This document shows, in pieces, positions 25,509 to 26,869 of a stretch of 26,869 nt of DNA; the stretch's first letter is position 1, and each line of letters starts with the position of its first letter. The position numbers and the translations under genes were made by a program. The stretch covers positions 1 to 26,869 of the forward strand of contig CAZZMF010000001.1 of the NCBI GenBank assembly GCA_964655255.1, written 5' to 3'. This stretch comes from an uncultured Sphingobacteriaceae bacterium. Lineage in GTDB: Bacteria; Bacteroidota; Bacteroidia; SpSt-205. A model generated the notes under the pieces. It was not told the origin of the DNA and ran no database searches. It saw only the letters and a list, made by a program, of their open reading frames with translations.

Positions 25509-25916
25509 ATGAGTGATCTGACGACTTCTGAAAAGCTATTCATAGAGGCTACCCTTACCACACCGAAAATAGACTTTGACCCCTCCACCAATCGGTTTAT
25601 TATCAGCGGCAACTCCTACCCTGAAAACTCTCTCAAGTTTTACGGTCCCGTCCTCCAGTGGGTCCAAGCGTGGATAGAGCGTCATACGCCTACGAAGGAT
25701 ACCCTCCAAGTACAAGTGCATTTGGAATACTTCAATACCAGCACGGCAAAGGTGCTTTTAGACCTTTTCAGGCTTTTTGAGATACTCTACGAGAAAGGGC
25801 AGCCCATACAGGTTCAGTGGATTTATCTGGCGGAAGATACAGAGATGGAAGACGCAGGGCTTGACTATCAGGCTGCGGTCAAGGTGCCCTTTGAGCTTGT
25901 GCCCATAAATGAATGA
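25509..25916 (+). CDS. SiaC-family (DUF1987) phospho-switch protein
   Basis: IEATLTTPKIDFD, ISGNSYPEN...FYGPVLQW, LEYFNTSTAK, V.W.Y..ED.EM...G. The NTS Thr (codon 25737-25739) matches the phosphorylated motif of SiaC. Confidence 0.92.
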   Translation: MSDLTTSEKLFIEATLTTPKIDFDPSTNRFIISGNSYPENSLKFYGPVLQWVQAWIERHTPTKDTLQVQVHLEYFNTSTAKVLLDLFRLFEILYEKGQPIQVQWIYLAEDTEMEDAGLDYQAAVKVPFELVPINE

Positions 25917-26455
25917 AGGAACGGCGAGACACTTCCACGTATGTCAGCGTTAGCTTTGAAAAGGAGGAGGCTGGTGCGGAAAAAATAAAGATACTTATTG
26001 AATCCTTGCCTCCCGGCTCTCCCGAGCGGGCACAAATGGAGGAGATTCAGAAATCTTATGAAAACTTGCTGCGGGATGCCCGTTTGCTGGTACGGATGGG
26101 AGACCGCCTCCAAGCTAAGCTCCGCATGGCAAACGAAGAACTGGCACAGAAAAACGAAGAAATCGCTCACTACAACGCTCAGCTCCAGCAGAAAAATAGA
26201 GAGCTCCAGCAGACGCTGGATGCCCTTCAAGAGAGCCAGCGCCGCCGTAAAGCCCTTACCGTGCTGGGGATTAGCACAATCGTTATTTTCATGGTCACGG
26301 AGTTGATTGAGTACTACATAGAACAAACCGCCTCTGAAGCCACCAGCCAGTGGGCAAACTTCATCTCATTTGGGCTCAAAGCTCTGATAGCGCTGGCATT
26401 CAAACCTTTGGAAGAGCTGGTAGAAGCCCTTCTGGCGCGTACGGTGTCGCGATGA
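25913..26455 (+). CDS. Hypothetical membrane protein: SiaD-stalk-like coiled coil plus two TM helices
   Basis: YENLLRDARLLVRMGDRLQAKLRMANEEL coiled coil, then hydrophobic segments at about aa 114-133 and 147-165. ATGA overlap with siaC. Confidence 0.78.
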   Translation: MKERRDTSTYVSVSFEKEEAGAEKIKILIESLPPGSPERAQMEEIQKSYENLLRDARLLVRMGDRLQAKLRMANEELAQKNEEIAHYNAQLQQKNRELQQTLDALQESQRRRKALTVLGISTIVIFMVTELIEYYIEQTASEATSQWANFISFGLKALIALAFKPLEELVEALLARTVSR

Positions 26456-26869
26456 TGACAAAAGGCGTGTATTTGGATTATAACGCTACGACCCCGGTCC
26501 TGCCAGAAGTTTTAGATGCGATGCGTCCCTATTTTAGCGAGCGCTTTGGTAATCCTGCCAGTCCGCACCTCTGGGGTAAAGAAGCGCACGACGCCGTAGA
26601 AAGTGCCCGTCAGACGCTGGCGCAGGGACTGGGCGTGAGCCCGCAAGAACTCACCTTCACCAGTGGCGCCACCGAAGCCTTGAATCTGGCGCTTTTCGGT
26701 ATCGCCTATGCCTATCAGCATACAGGTAAGCGACATATCCTCGTCTCAGCTACCGAACATAAAGCAATCTTAGACCCTGCCAAAGCTCTGGCTGCCCGTG
26801 GCTGGGAAGTAGAACTGCTGCCTGTGGATGCAAATGGTCTTATACCACCTGATACCCTCAAGCAAGCAC
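26452..26869 (+). CDS. iscS: Cysteine desulfurase (IscS/NifS class-V PLP enzyme), 5' part only
   Basis: Absent from the ORF track because it runs off the end. Translation from ATG 26452 or 26455: MTKGVYLDYNATTPV...FGNPASPH...TFTSGATEALNL...SATEHKAIL. Confidence 0.9.
   Translation, partial: MMTKGVYLDYNATTPVLPEVLDAMRPYFSERFGNPASPHLWGKEAHDAVESARQTLAQGLGVSPQELTFTSGATEALNLALFGIAYAYQHTGKRHILVSATEHKAILDPAKALAARGWEVELLPVDANGLIPPDTLKQA

Noticed and set aside
195-25511. Recurring CT immediately before ATG (rpoB, rpoC, Zn-ribbon, hmuY-like, siaC)
   Set aside because: Five of roughly twenty starts is too few to call a motif without genome-wide counts, and some are constrained by overlaps.
1-26869. Searched by eye for tRNA, rRNA, CRISPR arrays, transposases, integrases and riboswitches
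   Set aside because: Intergenic gaps are short (at most about 200 nt), and none showed a cloverleaf, regularly spaced repeats or a recognisable aptamer. A covariance-model scan would be needed to exclude small RNAs in 12830-12939, 15967-16098 and 20485-20685.

Overview
About 26.9 kb of chromosomal core and accessory sequence from a Bacteroidota bacterium. The assignment rests on a T9SS type-A C-terminal domain, HmuY-family genes, TAnnTTTG-type promoters and Bacteroidota-type RpoB/RpoC inserts. The left half holds the 3' end of rplL, a perfect 15-bp hairpin, then rpoB-rpoC running without a gap into nif3-like, C4 zinc-ribbon, TPR and mnmE genes. A convergent minus-strand trio follows (DUF423, LpoA/PBP1-like protein, MoeB/ThiF-rhodanese). 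Divergent from it is a three-gene haem-uptake-like operon (T9SS-secreted tandem HmuY-like protein, FRAP/NPDL TonB receptor, HmuY lipoprotein) behind a Fur-box-like palindrome. Then come two minus-strand lipoprotein genes, a doubly frame-disrupted DUF4349 gene, and a cytochrome c/beta-propeller lipoprotein whose usual MPP motif reads CPP. The window ends with a SiaB kinase, SiaC and a SiaD-stalk-like membrane protein with no GGDEF domain, coupled to a cysteine desulfurase that runs off the end. I saw no rRNA, tRNA, CRISPR array or transposase. The best candidates for undescribed biology are the GGDEF-less Sia partner-switch module, the His/Met tandem hemophore and the Cys-substituted cytochrome-propeller. 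All family assignments come from motif recognition by eye, not database searches.
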